Shown piece by piece: positions 45,685 to 55,857 of a stretch of DNA of 64,000 nucleotides (positions within the stretch are counted from its first letter, which is position 1; each line of letters starts with the position of its first letter). The stretch lies in assembly GCA_021846505.1 (NCBI GenBank), contig JAJZWV010000006.1, positions 14,448 to 78,447 on the forward strand, given 5' to 3'. Below the pieces are notes generated by a model. That model was given only the letters and a program-made list of their open reading frames with translations, was not told where the DNA came from and did no database searches. The DNA comes from Bacillota bacterium. GTDB taxonomy: Bacteria; Bacillota; Sulfobacillia; Sulfobacillales; JAIMBI01. The position numbers and the translations under genes were made by a program.

Positions 45685-46128
45685 CTAGACGCGCTCCAAT
45701 CCCACCGCGGATAAGATGCGCTCGGTCGTGCCCATCATCAGCGCCTCGTCCGCCGGCTCTTCGTGGTCGTAGCCCAACAGGTGCAGCAAGCCATGAACCG
45801 CCAGGAAGCCCACTTCGCGCTCGGGCCCGTGGCCGTATTCTTCGGCCTGCGCCAGTGCACGCTCGATGGAAATGACCACATCGCCCAGCACGGGGTCACT
45901 CGGGTCCGCCTGCTCGCCTTCCCGCTGGCTGAAGGACAGCACATCCGTCGGCCCCTCCCGGCCGCGCCACTCAGCGTTCAGCGCAGCAATGGTGGCGTTG
46001 TCCGTCAGCAGCACCGACACCGCCGCGTCCTCCAGCTGCAGCTCAGCGAGGCCGCGAGTTAGGGCCCGACGAACCGTCTCCTCCCACGCGGCGCAGTCGC
46101 CGGGCTGACTCGTGACCCATATCTCCAC
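45685..46128 (-). CDS. ybeY: rRNA maturation RNase YbeY
   Basis: PTDVLSF, LGDVVIS and HGLLHLLGYDH motifs. Confidence 0.96.
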   Translation of the reverse strand: MEIWVTSQPGDCAAWEETVRRALTRGLAELQLEDAAVSVLLTDNATIAALNAEWRGREGPTDVLSFSQREGEQADPSDPVLGDVVISIERALAQAEEYGHGPEREVGFLAVHGLLHLLGYDHEEPADEALMMGTTERILSAVGLERV

Positions 46129-48286
46129 GCTTCTGGCTCCTCTCCATCTCTTTCAGGACGGGGTCGGGGTACTCGATCCGGGTGTGAAACACCCCCGTCA
46201 GCACCCGGGTGAAGGTGCGCGCCACCGTGTCCAAGTCGCGCAGCGTGAGGTTGGCCTCGTCCAGCTGCCCGTCCTGCAGGCGCTCGCGAATCAGCCGCCG
46301 CACCACTTGCTCGATCGACGCCGCGTTGGGGTTTTTGAGCGTCCGGGTGGTCGCCTCGCTGGCGTCGGCCAGCATCACGATGGCGGCTTCTTTCGTTTGG
46401 GGCTTGGGCCCCTCGTAGCGGTAGTCCACCTCGGCCACGCCATCCCCGGTGTCCAGGTCCCGCGCCTTCTCGTAGAAGTAGCGCATCACCGTGGTGCCGT
46501 GGTGCTGGCGGATAAACTGCTGGATGACATCCGGCAGCCGATGCTGGCGCGCAAGCTCGACACCGTCCTTCACATGGGACCCAATAATCAGGGCGGACAA
46601 GCTGGGCGCCAGCTTGTCGTGGGGGTTTTCCTCCCCATATTGGTTGTCAATGAAAAAGTACGGCCGCTTCAGCTTGCCCACGTCATGATAAATGGCGCCC
46701 ACGCGCGCCAACAGCGCGTCGCCCCCCACCGCCTCGGTGGCAGCCTCGGCCAGGTTGCCCACCATGATGCTGTGCAGGTACGTGCCAGGCGCCTCCACCA
46801 AGAGCTTCCGCAGCAGAGGCTGGTTGGGGCTCGACAGCTCAATCAGGCGCACCGCCGTCACGATGCCAAACGGTGCCTCTAAGAAGGGTGTCGAGCCCAC
46901 GACTAGCACCGCCGCCACGCCGCCATCGACAAACGCCCACACCAGCTGGTGCCACACCGGCGCTTGGCCAAGCGCCGCCCCGGACATGAAGTCGAGGGAC
47001 AGCAGAGTCACGATGTTCACCGCCCCCACCAAGAGGCCCACGCGAATCACGTCGTGGCGATTGGACAGCCGCGACACACCCACCACCCCGGCCAGCGCTC
47101 CAAACCAAGCCACCACCGCGGTGAACAAATCCGTGCCGGACAAAATGCCGGTGGCGATGGCGAGAATGGCCGCTGTCACCATGCCCACGGCGGGATCCAC
47201 CAGCGACGCCAGCAAAATCGCCGCCGTGGGCACGATGACGAAGTTGGCTTCTGGCACCTGCGCCAGCAACTGGGCCGCGAGGAGGCCCAGCACGGTGACG
47301 ACGCCCCAGATCACCAGGCGAGGCCAGTCGGCTGCCAGGCGGCGGCGGAACCCCCATAGGAATCCCGCCTGCAGCGCGGCCAGCACCAGCCCAAACAGGA
47401 AGCCGCCCGCCAGCGGCGCGGGATCGAAGCCCGTGTTCAGGAGGCCCAGCGCGGACAGCTCCCGCACACTCTGGGCGGTCACCACGGACCCCGCCGTGAT
47501 AATGCGCTCGCCCTTCACGATGCGCACATCCGGCACCGCCAGCGCGGCCTGCTCTCGGCGAGCGGCGGTTTCACTTTGGTTCACAAACGTGTTAGGCCTG
47601 AGCAGGCTGGTGGACAGCGACGTCAGAAACAGGCGCAGGCCCGGGTCGGGCTCCTCGGTGCCGGCCAAGTCCGCCACAAAGCTTTTGGCTTCGGCCAGGG
47701 ACGCCGAGGAGTCGCGCACGCCGGTGCCGTTTCCCAGCACCGACGCCAAGATGACGGTGGTGTTCTGCGAGAGGCCAGCCAGGGTCGAGGGTGGCAGCGT
47801 CAGCACCTCGCCCCACACACTGAGCGGCAGGCCAATGGGAATGGCGGATGCCGCCGCAGCCTCGCGCGCCGCCAGCGGCACCGCTGTATCCGCCGATAGG
47901 TTGGCAATCGTTTGAAAGTCATTGGTCGCTTCCTGCTTCACCGCCGTGAGCACCTTCGGATCCGTGGAGTACACGGGCTGCACCGCCCGGCGCGCCGCTG
48001 CCCGGGCCACCGCCGTGGAGGCAAAGTCAATGGTCCCAAAGGGCGCCACCACTGTCTTGGGCGCAATCTCACCCACTTGCACGCTGACGCGCTGGCCGTA
48101 TAGGTTGGCGGAAAAAATCGTGCCCACCAGCACCCACACCATTACGCCCAGCAGCACCAGCCGGGCAGTGCCCACGGGCCAGCCGCCGCCAGTGCCCAGC
48201 CACTGGCGCCAGCCGCCGAGGCCCGGTGGCCGCGGCGGGCCGGTGGGTCGATCGGCCGGCCGCTCCCGCTCGCTGTCCTTACCCAT
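46043..48286 (-). CDS. pgpH: Membrane HD-domain c-di-AMP phosphodiesterase (PgpH/YqfF, 7TM-HD)
   Basis: Extracellular domain plus 7TM, then APGTYLHS, YHDVGK, QHHGT and MLAD motifs; phoH-ybeY synteny. Confidence 0.9.
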   Translation of the reverse strand: MGKDSERERPADRPTGPPRPPGLGGWRQWLGTGGGWPVGTARLVLLGVMVWVLVGTIFSANLYGQRVSVQVGEIAPKTVVAPFGTIDFASTAVARAAARRAVQPVYSTDPKVLTAVKQEATNDFQTIANLSADTAVPLAAREAAAASAIPIGLPLSVWGEVLTLPPSTLAGLSQNTTVILASVLGNGTGVRDSSASLAEAKSFVADLAGTEEPDPGLRLFLTSLSTSLLRPNTFVNQSETAARREQAALAVPDVRIVKGERIITAGSVVTAQSVRELSALGLLNTGFDPAPLAGGFLFGLVLAALQAGFLWGFRRRLAADWPRLVIWGVVTVLGLLAAQLLAQVPEANFVIVPTAAILLASLVDPAVGMVTAAILAIATGILSGTDLFTAVVAWFGALAGVVGVSRLSNRHDVIRVGLLVGAVNIVTLLSLDFMSGAALGQAPVWHQLVWAFVDGGVAAVLVVGSTPFLEAPFGIVTAVRLIELSSPNQPLLRKLLVEAPGTYLHSIMVGNLAEAATEAVGGDALLARVGAIYHDVGKLKRPYFFIDNQYGEENPHDKLAPSLSALIIGSHVKDGVELARQHRLPDVIQQFIRQHHGTTVMRYFYEKARDLDTGDGVAEVDYRYEGPKPQTKEAAIVMLADASEATTRTLKNPNAASIEQVVRRLIRERLQDGQLDEANLTLRDLDTVARTFTRVLTGVFHTRIEYPDPVLKEMERSQKRGDMGHESARRLRRVGGDGSSGPNSRPR

Positions 48287-49247
48287 CGCCCTCCCGCTGC
48301 TCCTTCGCTTCGTAGGCCTGCACAATGGCCTGCACCAGCGGGTGCCGCACCACATCCCGCTGTGAAAATCTTACCACCGCGATATCGGCCACTCCTTGAA
48401 GAATCCCGGCCGCTTCGCTGAGCCCCGACGGGGTGCCCGCCGGCAAGTCGACTTGGGTGACGTCGCCGGTCACCACCACCTGCGACCCAAACCCGATGCG
48501 CGTGAGAAACATCTTCATCTGCTCGGGCGTCGTGTTCTGGGCCTCATCTAAAATCATAAAGCTATTGTCGAGCGTCCGGCCTCTCATATAGGCCAGCGGC
48601 GCCACTTCGATCTGGCCGCGCTCGCGATATCGCTCCACCGCCTCAATGCCCAGCATCTCAAACAGTGCATCGTACAGCGGCCGAAGATAAGGGTGCACCT
48701 TATCCTCGAGGTCCCCGGGCAGAAATCCGAGGCGCTCCCCCGCTTCCACCGCCGGCCGCGTCAGCACCAGCCGCTCCACGCTGCGGGCCTTCAGCTCTGC
48801 CACCGCCCGCGCCATCGCCAGAAACGTCTTGCCCGTGCCGGCCGGGCCAATGCCCAGCACCAGCGAATGGTGCCGCATCGCCGTAACGTAGCGCGCCTGC
48901 CCGAACGTCTTGGGCCGAAGCGGCCGACCGCGCACGGTGGTGGCCACGATGTCGGTCAGCAAGCTGCGAAACGCGTCCGCGCGGTCGCCGCGCACCGCGT
49001 CGAGCGCCGCTTCCACCGTTTCCACCCCCACGGCCTCGCCCGCCGACACCCACTCTGCCAGCAAGTCCAGCGTCTGCTGCACTTGGTCCTGAGCCTCGGG
49101 CGCTCCCGCGATGCTGACCACATTGCCGCGCGCCGTGAGCTTGACGCCCAGCGCGCCCTCCAGGCGCTTCAGATGGACATCACCGCGCCCCCACAGCCGC
49201 GCGGCCGACCGGTTGTCCCCAATCACCCATTCCACGGCTTGGGCCAC
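48279..49247 (-). CDS. phoH: PhoH family ATPase
   Basis: [31 protein letters not shown] and DEAQN motifs. Confidence 0.95.
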   Translation of the reverse strand: MAQAVEWVIGDNRSAARLWGRGDVHLKRLEGALGVKLTARGNVVSIAGAPEAQDQVQQTLDLLAEWVSAGEAVGVETVEAALDAVRGDRADAFRSLLTDIVATTVRGRPLRPKTFGQARYVTAMRHHSLVLGIGPAGTGKTFLAMARAVAELKARSVERLVLTRPAVEAGERLGFLPGDLEDKVHPYLRPLYDALFEMLGIEAVERYRERGQIEVAPLAYMRGRTLDNSFMILDEAQNTTPEQMKMFLTRIGFGSQVVVTGDVTQVDLPAGTPSGLSEAAGILQGVADIAVVRFSQRDVVRHPLVQAIVQAYEAKEQREGDG

Positions 49248-49281
49248 CGGGTTCCCCCTTTTACCCTGCCAGCGGCGGCGG

Positions 49282-50454
49282 TCAGGGCGATTTTGTTGGC
49301 AGACGAAAGGCCGGCACCGCAATATCCTGTTCAACCTCGGCCCGAACGGTGCACAGCACCCCGCTCGCCTCGCGCTGGCATGTCATGCGGCGCGCGCCCA
49401 CTCGCGCTCCGGGCTGAATCTGGCGCCAAAACGCCCGAGCCGCCTGCTCTCTTGCACGGGCGAGCGCCGCATGGGGGCTCAGGCGCACCGGCACTACGGC
49501 TTCTTCAGTATATACCACCCGCACCCACGCGCCCGGCAGGTGGATGCCAAACCACACCAGCGGCGCCGACTGCACGGTGGCTTGCCAGGATGGCGGCACC
49601 TGGCCAAACCCGCTCCACTGCACCACGTCGCCAGACAGCGCCACGTAGGACCGCACCATGCGCCGCCCGGTCTGGCGGCGGCGATCCAGCGTCAGTGACT
49701 GAAAGCCCGTGCCGGCCAGCCCGAACTGTCCGATGACTTCGCCCCCCACGCCCCCCTGCTGCCCCGTGGCCAGGGTCCAGCTGCGGATGAGGGGCGCCCC
49801 CCGCCCCACAGCTTCCCCATCGGCCACCAGCACTTCCCCCAGGTAGGCATGAATGCGGACAATGCGGGCCGCGCGGGCGGCCACCAGCAGCCGAACCGGC
49901 CCTGCGTGCGGGGCGCGTCCGTAAAAGCGATGCAGCGAGACGACCGCCAGCGCGCCCTCCACGCGGATGCCCACCCAGGCTACCCCCGGCACGTGCTGGG
50001 CGATGCGCGACTCCAGGCGAGCCAGCGGAAGGGTGTCTCGAGGGACTCCCGCCGACAGGCCTGCGGCATCGGCGGCCGACAGCACGCGGGCCGCCATCAC
50101 CGGCGTGGTGCCCACCACCGCCACCACCCACACGCGCGGGGCCGCATACCCCACGAGGCTTAAGGCCATAGCCACGCCCAGCCAGAGCCCCGGCCGGGTG
50201 CGCATGCGGTGCCATACGGCCGGCCAGCCGCCCCGGCGCCCAAAGTGCACGCGCACCCGAAGTCCCCGCGCAACGGAGTGCAGCTGGCGGGCGGCCGGCA
50301 CGGTCATGCGCCACTCCGCCCCCTCGGGGCGCCAGCGCACGCCGGCGGCGCTCAGCCCGGCGGCGGCCAGGCGGGACAGCAGCTGCGGCACATCGGCGGA
50401 GCGAACTTCCACCAGCACCCACCCCCGCAGAAAAGCGAGCAGGCCGCGAATCAC
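49282..50454 (-). CDS. yqfD: Sporulation protein YqfD
   Basis: yqfC-yqfD-phoH synteny; N-terminal FLRGWV, TM segment, WVGI and POTRA-like region. Confidence 0.8.
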   Translation of the reverse strand: MIRGLLAFLRGWVLVEVRSADVPQLLSRLAAAGLSAAGVRWRPEGAEWRMTVPAARQLHSVARGLRVRVHFGRRGGWPAVWHRMRTRPGLWLGVAMALSLVGYAAPRVWVVAVVGTTPVMAARVLSAADAAGLSAGVPRDTLPLARLESRIAQHVPGVAWVGIRVEGALAVVSLHRFYGRAPHAGPVRLLVAARAARIVRIHAYLGEVLVADGEAVGRGAPLIRSWTLATGQQGGVGGEVIGQFGLAGTGFQSLTLDRRRQTGRRMVRSYVALSGDVVQWSGFGQVPPSWQATVQSAPLVWFGIHLPGAWVRVVYTEEAVVPVRLSPHAALARAREQAARAFWRQIQPGARVGARRMTCQREASGVLCTVRAEVEQDIAVPAFRLPTKSP

Positions 50455-50747
50455 CGGCTCCCCTCCTCGAACCGGAGATGGCGAATCACGCCGGTCACCA
50501 AAAGCTCTTCCCGACTGATCCACCCGATCACGAGGTTGGCGCCTTCCACCGCCACCGCCGCCCCGGGCGCCGGCAGGCGCACCACCACTAGGTGAGGGCC
50601 GAACCGGCTAATCCCTCGGTGATTGGTGATGCGCACCTGCAGATGCCCCACCACTTCCACGCGCGGCACATTCATCAGCACGTCGGGCGGCAGGTCAAGC
50701 CACTCCGCAGCGCGCTGGCGCATCCCGGTTCCCCGCTCCATCGCCAT
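50451..50747 (-). CDS. yqfC: Sporulation protein YqfC (YabP family)
   Basis: LDLPPDVLMNVPR..G...ITNHRGI...G.NLVI...EELLVTG.I pattern. Confidence 0.88.
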   Translation of the reverse strand: MAMERGTGMRQRAAEWLDLPPDVLMNVPRVEVVGHLQVRITNHRGISRFGPHLVVVRLPAPGAAVAVEGANLVIGWISREELLVTGVIRHLRFEEGSR

Positions 50748-50877
50748 CGCCTCCCAGCGGCTCGTTGGGTCAAGCTATGCGCGGGCCGCAGGATCCTTGC
50801 CGAGTCGAGGCTTGCGTGAGCAGGAATCCCGCGCCGCAGCGCGAACTTCCCGGTAGCCAAACTGTGGGGGGACTTCC

Positions 50878-51486
50878 ATGTTCATTGGAGCCGTGCGGAT
50901 TGTGACGGCGGAAGACTACCGGCGCTTGGTGGCCGACGGCGGCGTGGTCATGGATCTGCGGTGGCCCATCGACTATCTGGACGGCCACCTGGATGGCGCG
51001 CTGTCGTGCCCGGGTGGTCGCTACCTGTGGCGCCCGCGCCTGGCTCCGCTCCTGCAGGGCCGCCCTGCCGTCCTGATTGGCCGCGGGCCGGTGGATGTGG
51101 GCGATATTGCCGACGAGTTGGAGAAGCAAGGCATGGACGTCAGCGGCATGCTGACCGGCACCCCGGCCGCCTGGAAGGCGCGCGGCCTCCCGGTGCGCAG
51201 CTGGCGCCGCCTCCTGCGCACGGATTGGGAGCTTTTGAATCCCCGGCCCCCCGTGCTGGATGTGCGCGAGCCCTGGGAGGCTCACGGCGATTGGCCAGAG
51301 GGACTGGCGGCTCCGCTGTCTGCTTGGGCGGGGGTGCCCGAGGCGGCTCGACTTGCCCAGCAGGCTATGGTGGTGGGACCACGGCCGCGAGTGGCCTGGG
51401 CTGCAACGCGCCTGTTTGAGGGGGGGCTCACGAAAGTGTTTTGTGAGACCGATGCGACGGAAATCGATCCGCGGGAGTTTCTCTAG
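50878..51486 (+). CDS. Tandem rhodanese-like protein
   Basis: DLRWPIDYLDGHLDGA and LDVREPWE motifs; no active-site Cys evident. Confidence 0.65.
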   Translation: MFIGAVRIVTAEDYRRLVADGGVVMDLRWPIDYLDGHLDGALSCPGGRYLWRPRLAPLLQGRPAVLIGRGPVDVGDIADELEKQGMDVSGMLTGTPAAWKARGLPVRSWRRLLRTDWELLNPRPPVLDVREPWEAHGDWPEGLAAPLSAWAGVPEAARLAQQAMVVGPRPRVAWAATRLFEGGLTKVFCETDATEIDPREFL

Positions 51487-51510
51487 CCGCCCGGTGCTCG
51501 CCGCGGAACG

Positions 51511-51966
51511 CTACTGGCTCAATTGGGCCAGCCGCTCGCGCACTAGCTCGGACACCGTCCGGCCGTCGGCACGCCCCCGGGTTTCCGGCAGCACCTTTGC
51601 CATCACGGCGCCCAAGTCTCGAACACTCGCCGCGCCCGTGTCTTGAATGGCGCGCTCCACCAGCGCCGCCAGCGCCGCCGGGGACAGCGCCTCTGGGAGG
51701 TAATGCGACAGCTCTTCGATTTCCTCGCGGGCTTTGGCCGCCAGGTCCTCGCGGCGGACCCGCTCGAACTCCGCCAGGGAGTCCCGGCGCTCCTTAATTT
51801 CCTTCACAATCACCGCTTGAATGGCCTGATCGTCCAAGGTCATGCGGGCATGGCGCGTCTCCTGCGCCAGCACCGCCGCCTTCACCTGGCGAATGACTGA
51901 GAGGCGCACCGCATGCCGCTCGCGCAGAGCCAGCTTCAAGTCTGCATCCAGTTGTTCTCGCAGCAT
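51511..51966 (-). CDS. yqeY: GatB/YqeY domain protein
   Basis: KE.KERRDS..EF...R.DL...E..YLP, DLGAVM and GRADG; lies after rpsU. Confidence 0.92.
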   Translation of the reverse strand: MLREQLDADLKLALRERHAVRLSVIRQVKAAVLAQETRHARMTLDDQAIQAVIVKEIKERRDSLAEFERVRREDLAAKAREEIEELSHYLPEALSPAALAALVERAIQDTGAASVRDLGAVMAKVLPETRGRADGRTVSELVRERLAQLSQ

Positions 51967-52001
51967 GCCGCGCCTCCCCCTTCGCCTGCGCGTCCTCTCG
52001 G

Positions 52002-52175
52002 CTAGCGCTTCTTCTTGCGGGCCGCTTCCGCCTTCTTCTTCTTGCGCACGCTGGGTTTCTCATACCGCTCGTGGCGCCGCGCCTCTGCCAGCACCCCGGC
52101 CTTTTGAATTTGACGCTTGAAGCGGCGGAGGGCGGCTTCCAAGGACTCGTTCTTGCCAACCTTAATCTCGGACAA
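52002..52175 (-). CDS. rpsU: 30S ribosomal protein S21 (absent from the ORF track)
   Basis: TTG start; [57 protein letters not shown]. Confidence 0.97.
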   Translation of the reverse strand: MSEIKVGKNESLEAALRRFKRQIQKAGVLAEARRHERYEKPSVRKKKKAEAARKKKR

Positions 52176-52414
52176 AATCGCTCCCTCCCCTCCACCCGAA
52201 CAGGGTCGGGATCAAAGAATGTGCTCGCTCGATTATACGAAAGGGCAGGATGGGGCGTCAAACGGCCGCAGGTCTGCGCGGCCCGTCACCAGCGGTCGAG
52301 CGCCACGGCTCATCGCTGCGCAACGCACGGCGGCCCTCCCCACTGACGAAGAGGGACGAGAGGCAGACGAGGAAGAAGAGGTCTTCCAAAGGTGCGGCGC
52401 CTCGCCGTGAGCCG

Positions 52415-52756
52415 CTAGCCAGGCGGCCACGTCATCAAGCGGCCGCCCAGCACATGCCAGTGCAAGTGGTTGACCGTCTGGCCGCCGTCGACCCCCACGT
52501 TGGCCACGACGCGGTAGCCGGCTTGGTCCATGCCACGGGTGCGGGCGACATGGGCGACGGTTCGCAGGCACGCCGCAACGGCGGGCCAGTCCTCGTCGCG
52601 CGCGCCCGCCAAGCTGTCGAGATGGCGCTTGGGAATCACCAGCAGGTGATGGGGTGCCCGCGGACGGAGGTCGGGAAACGCCAAGGTGTCCTCGTCCTCA
52701 TAGACGCGCTCGGCCGGCAGCTCCCCAGCAGCAATTTGGCAAAAGATGCAGTCCAC
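52415..52756 (-). CDS. HIT family nucleotide-binding protein
   Basis: DCIFC and GQTVNHLHWHVLGGR..WPPG motifs. Confidence 0.95.
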   Translation of the reverse strand: MDCIFCQIAAGELPAERVYEDEDTLAFPDLRPRAPHHLLVIPKRHLDSLAGARDEDWPAVAACLRTVAHVARTRGMDQAGYRVVANVGVDGGQTVNHLHWHVLGGRLMTWPPG

Positions 52757-52816
52757 CTGTCACGCTCCTCGGGCGGTGGTTCGCCATCGCCGGAGCAAAT
52801 CCTGCTGGCCCGGCGG

Positions 52817-52966
52817 CTACCACGGGCGGTACAGGTGGCCATATTTAGTGAGGCATTCTTTGCATAGGGTGCTTTCCAAGAAGCCGCCGGCCGCTTGCGC
52901 CAGCTCCCGCTTTACCACGGGCTTGCGGCAGATGTCGCAAAACTTCAGCTCGATCAGCTTGCCCAC
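52817..52966 (-). CDS. Small CxxC..CxxC zinc-finger protein (49 aa, absent from the ORF track)
   Basis: GAGGGGG RBS then GTG; MGKLIELKFCDICRKPVVKRELAQAAGGFLESTLCKECLTKYGHLYRPW. Confidence 0.7.
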   Translation of the reverse strand: MGKLIELKFCDICRKPVVKRELAQAAGGFLESTLCKECLTKYGHLYRPW

Positions 52967-52987
52967 GGCCAACCCCCTCATGGGGAT

Positions 52988-53017
52988 TAGCATGACTGCG
53001 TGCTTGGCGCCCTATCC
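52988..53017 (-). promoter_or_regulatory. sigmaG/F-type sporulation promoter
   Basis: GGATA-N18-CATGCTA matches the GNATR-N18-CATNNTA consensus, just upstream of the zinc-finger ORF. Confidence 0.55.
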
Positions 53018-53724
53018 TAGCAGGATTTCACGCCGCCAGGATTGGCTTGCCAAGCGTCCGCGAGCAGCCAAAACACCGCAAACGCCCCGGCATTTTCGGC
53101 GCGCAGCACGCGGGGCCCCAGGCCGGCGGCCGCGTCGCAGCGCTCAATTTCTGATGCCGTGAGGCCGCCTTCGGGCCCCACCACCAAGTGCACGCGGGCG
53201 GGGTGCCCCAGCCGCCGCCACACCGCGGGCAGCGGCTCCTGTTCGGGCACCAGCGCAATCGCCGGGGCGCTGGGCACCCAGGCGGCGAGCGCGGTGGGCT
53301 CCCCGATGGTTGGCACGTGGGCGCGCCCCGACTGCTCGGTCGCTTTCTGCGCCACCTTGCGCCATCGGCTGACCCGGTCAGCGCTGGCCGAGCGCGCAAT
53401 GCTGCGCGCCGCCACGACCGGCAACACCGCGTCCGCGCCAGCTTCGGTGGCCCGCTCCACCACGCCCGCCATCTGGTCGCCCTTCAGCAGCGCCTGCACG
53501 AGCGAGATGGCAACCAGCGGCGCCGGAGCCAGGGCCACCGCCCCCGCCAGCTCCAGCGTGTTGCGATCTACCACCACCGCGCACCGGGCCTGCCCGGACA
53601 CGAGAGCCACGACGCCGTCACCCGGACGCCGGCGCATAACTTGGGTCAAGTAGCGCGCCTGCGCCACGGTCAGGTGCACCAGCTCGCCCGCGCATTGGCG
53701 TGGCTCCACCACCAGCCGAATCAT
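53017..53724 (-). CDS. rsmE: 16S rRNA m3U1498 methyltransferase
   Basis: VMRRRPGD, KGD..VERATE, EQSGR, VGPEGG and LGPRVLRAE motifs. Confidence 0.93.
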   Translation of the reverse strand: MIRLVVEPRQCAGELVHLTVAQARYLTQVMRRRPGDGVVALVSGQARCAVVVDRNTLELAGAVALAPAPLVAISLVQALLKGDQMAGVVERATEAGADAVLPVVAARSIARSASADRVSRWRKVAQKATEQSGRAHVPTIGEPTALAAWVPSAPAIALVPEQEPLPAVWRRLGHPARVHLVVGPEGGLTASEIERCDAAAGLGPRVLRAENAGAFAVFWLLADAWQANPGGVKSC

Positions 53725-54653
53725 GGCACCGACAGCGACGCGGCCACCCACCCGCTATCACACAGCCGGCCCGCGGCGGAAAGCCTCTGCGTCGCCAGCA
53801 CAGCCTCCAGCTCTCCCCAGCGCTCCTCAATGATGCCGGACAGGAGCAGGGTGCCACCGGGAGCCAGCCGCGCCCGCAGCACTGGCAGCTCTGCCCGAAT
53901 GATGTCCGCCGTGAGATTCGCCGCGAGGCCGTCCCAGAGGGGCCGGGAGGCCGGCACATCGGCCACCGTGCCCAGCCACACCGGGATGTCGGCACCGTGG
54001 GCCGCGATATTCTGGCGGGCTGCGTCCACCGCCACCGGATCCACGTCCACGGCACCCACCTGCGCGCCCAGCCGCCAGGCGGCCAGCGCCAAAATGCCCG
54101 ATCCCGTCCCAACATCGAGCCACCGGCGCCCTGGGCGCACATGGTGCTCCAGCAGTCGAATCATCAGCCCGGTCGTGGGGTGTGTGCCCGTGCCGAACGC
54201 CATGCCGGGGTCAATCCGGACAATGAGCCCGCCAGGCTCCGGCGGATCTTCCCACGCCGGCACCACCCATATGCGCTCGCCCGGCCGCACCGCGTGAAAA
54301 AATTTTTTCCAGGCATGGGCCCAGTCCGCCTCCTGCACAGCCGCCACCTGGAGCACGCCCGCGCCGGCCAGCGCCTCCTCCAGGCGCCGCCGGCGCACGG
54401 GCCAGTCGGCTCCGTCGCGAAAGTAGGCGGACACGAACGGCAGTGCCGGCTGCGGCATGTCGTCCGCCCATTCGGCCTCGGTGGGCGCCCCGTCCTCGTA
54501 CTGAACGCCGGGCGCGCCTTCGGCATAAAGAATGCCGCTCACGCGCTCCATGGCCTCGCTCAGGTCCGCCGGCCCCGGCGCCTCGGGCCAGCGGACGGTC
54601 ACCGCCCACCAAATGGCGGGGGCCGGGCCGACCCCCTTAGGACCCAAGGGCAT
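53721..54653 (-). CDS. prmA: Ribosomal protein L11 methyltransferase
   Basis: [37 protein letters not shown] and LSGI motifs. Confidence 0.95.
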   Translation of the reverse strand: MPLGPKGVGPAPAIWWAVTVRWPEAPGPADLSEAMERVSGILYAEGAPGVQYEDGAPTEAEWADDMPQPALPFVSAYFRDGADWPVRRRRLEEALAGAGVLQVAAVQEADWAHAWKKFFHAVRPGERIWVVPAWEDPPEPGGLIVRIDPGMAFGTGTHPTTGLMIRLLEHHVRPGRRWLDVGTGSGILALAAWRLGAQVGAVDVDPVAVDAARQNIAAHGADIPVWLGTVADVPASRPLWDGLAANLTADIIRAELPVLRARLAPGGTLLLSGIIEERWGELEAVLATQRLSAAGRLCDSGWVAASLSVP

Positions 54654-55785
54654 CCCGCACGCGGTGGAACAAGCCGCGGCCGCCTGATGCCACTGACTCG
54701 CCCCTCAGCTCCGCCCACCGCCGGAGAAGCTCCTGCTCTTCGTGCGACAGCTTTTTCGGCACATCCAGCGCCACCTGCACCTTCAAAGCCCCGCGCCCCT
54801 GGCGGCCCAGGCGCGGCAAGCCGCGCTCGAGCAGCGTCAGCACGTCTCCTGGCTGCGTGCCGGCCGGCACTTTGACGGTGATGGGGCCGTCCAGCCCCTG
54901 AAACTCCACTTCTGCGCCGAGGCTGGCCTGGGCAAAGCCCAGCTTGAGCGTGCCCAGCAAGTCCGCATGATCGCGGCCGAAGCGCGGGTGCTCTTTGACG
55001 TGGATAAACACGAACAAATCCCCCGCCGGCCCCCCCATCGCGCCAGCGGCCCCTTCCCGCTGCACCCGGATCCGCGTGCCTTGCTCTACGCCCGGAGGGA
55101 TGCGCACAGGCACGTCGCGCACCGCCCGCACCATTCCCCGCCCATGGCAGGTGTGGCAGGGCCGCAAAATCACGCGCCCCCTCCCATGGCACTGGGGGCA
55201 GGGCCCCGTGCGCACCACCTGGCCGAGAAAGCTGTCGCGCACCTGGCGCACCTGCCCGGTGCCGCGGCACTGCCGACACGTTTCGGTGGAGCCCTTGCCT
55301 TCGCCGCCCTCACCTTGGCAGCTGGCGCACACCTCCGTGCGCTCCACCTTCAGCGTGCGCGTCGTGCCGCTCATGACGTCGTCCAAGTCCAGCACCACGT
55401 CGGCGCGCAAGTCGTCGCCGCGCTGTGGGCCCTGGCGCGCCTGGCCCGCGCCTCCGAAGCCAAACATCTCGAAAAGGTCTTCGATGCCCCCCACGCCGCC
55501 AGCGCCACCCGGCCCAGCGCCGCCCATGTTGCCGAAATTGAATCCGCCAAACCCGCCGGGACTCGGCTCGGCTTGGCCAAAGCGATCGAAGCGGGCCCGC
55601 TTTTCCGGATCGCTCAGCACCTCGTACGCCGCATTGATTTCCTTGAACTTTTCCTCTGCCTCGGGCTTGCCGCGGTTGGCGTCCGGGTGGTGCTGGCGCG
55701 CCAGCCGCCGGTACGCCTGCTTGATGGCATCCGGCGACGCATCGCGGGGCACCCCCAGCACTTGATACGGATCGCGGGCCGCCAT
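54637..55785 (-). CDS. dnaJ: Chaperone DnaJ
   Basis: J-domain HPD, G/F-rich region and four CxxCxGxG repeats. Confidence 0.97.
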   Translation of the reverse strand: MAARDPYQVLGVPRDASPDAIKQAYRRLARQHHPDANRGKPEAEEKFKEINAAYEVLSDPEKRARFDRFGQAEPSPGGFGGFNFGNMGGAGPGGAGGVGGIEDLFEMFGFGGAGQARQGPQRGDDLRADVVLDLDDVMSGTTRTLKVERTEVCASCQGEGGEGKGSTETCRQCRGTGQVRQVRDSFLGQVVRTGPCPQCHGRGRVILRPCHTCHGRGMVRAVRDVPVRIPPGVEQGTRIRVQREGAAGAMGGPAGDLFVFIHVKEHPRFGRDHADLLGTLKLGFAQASLGAEVEFQGLDGPITVKVPAGTQPGDVLTLLERGLPRLGRQGRGALKVQVALDVPKKLSHEEQELLRRWAELRGESVASGGRGLFHRVRDALGS

Positions 55786-55857
55786 CGCTTCCCCTCCTCC
55801 ACATGAATCTGCAAAAGCCCGGCCGCTCCGCTCACCGCCAAGCTTTAGCGTGCGCGC

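Noticed and set aside
46043-46128. 86-bp pgpH/ybeY overlap as a special feature
   Set aside because: Most simply a drifted stop codon in high-GC DNA; both genes look intact.
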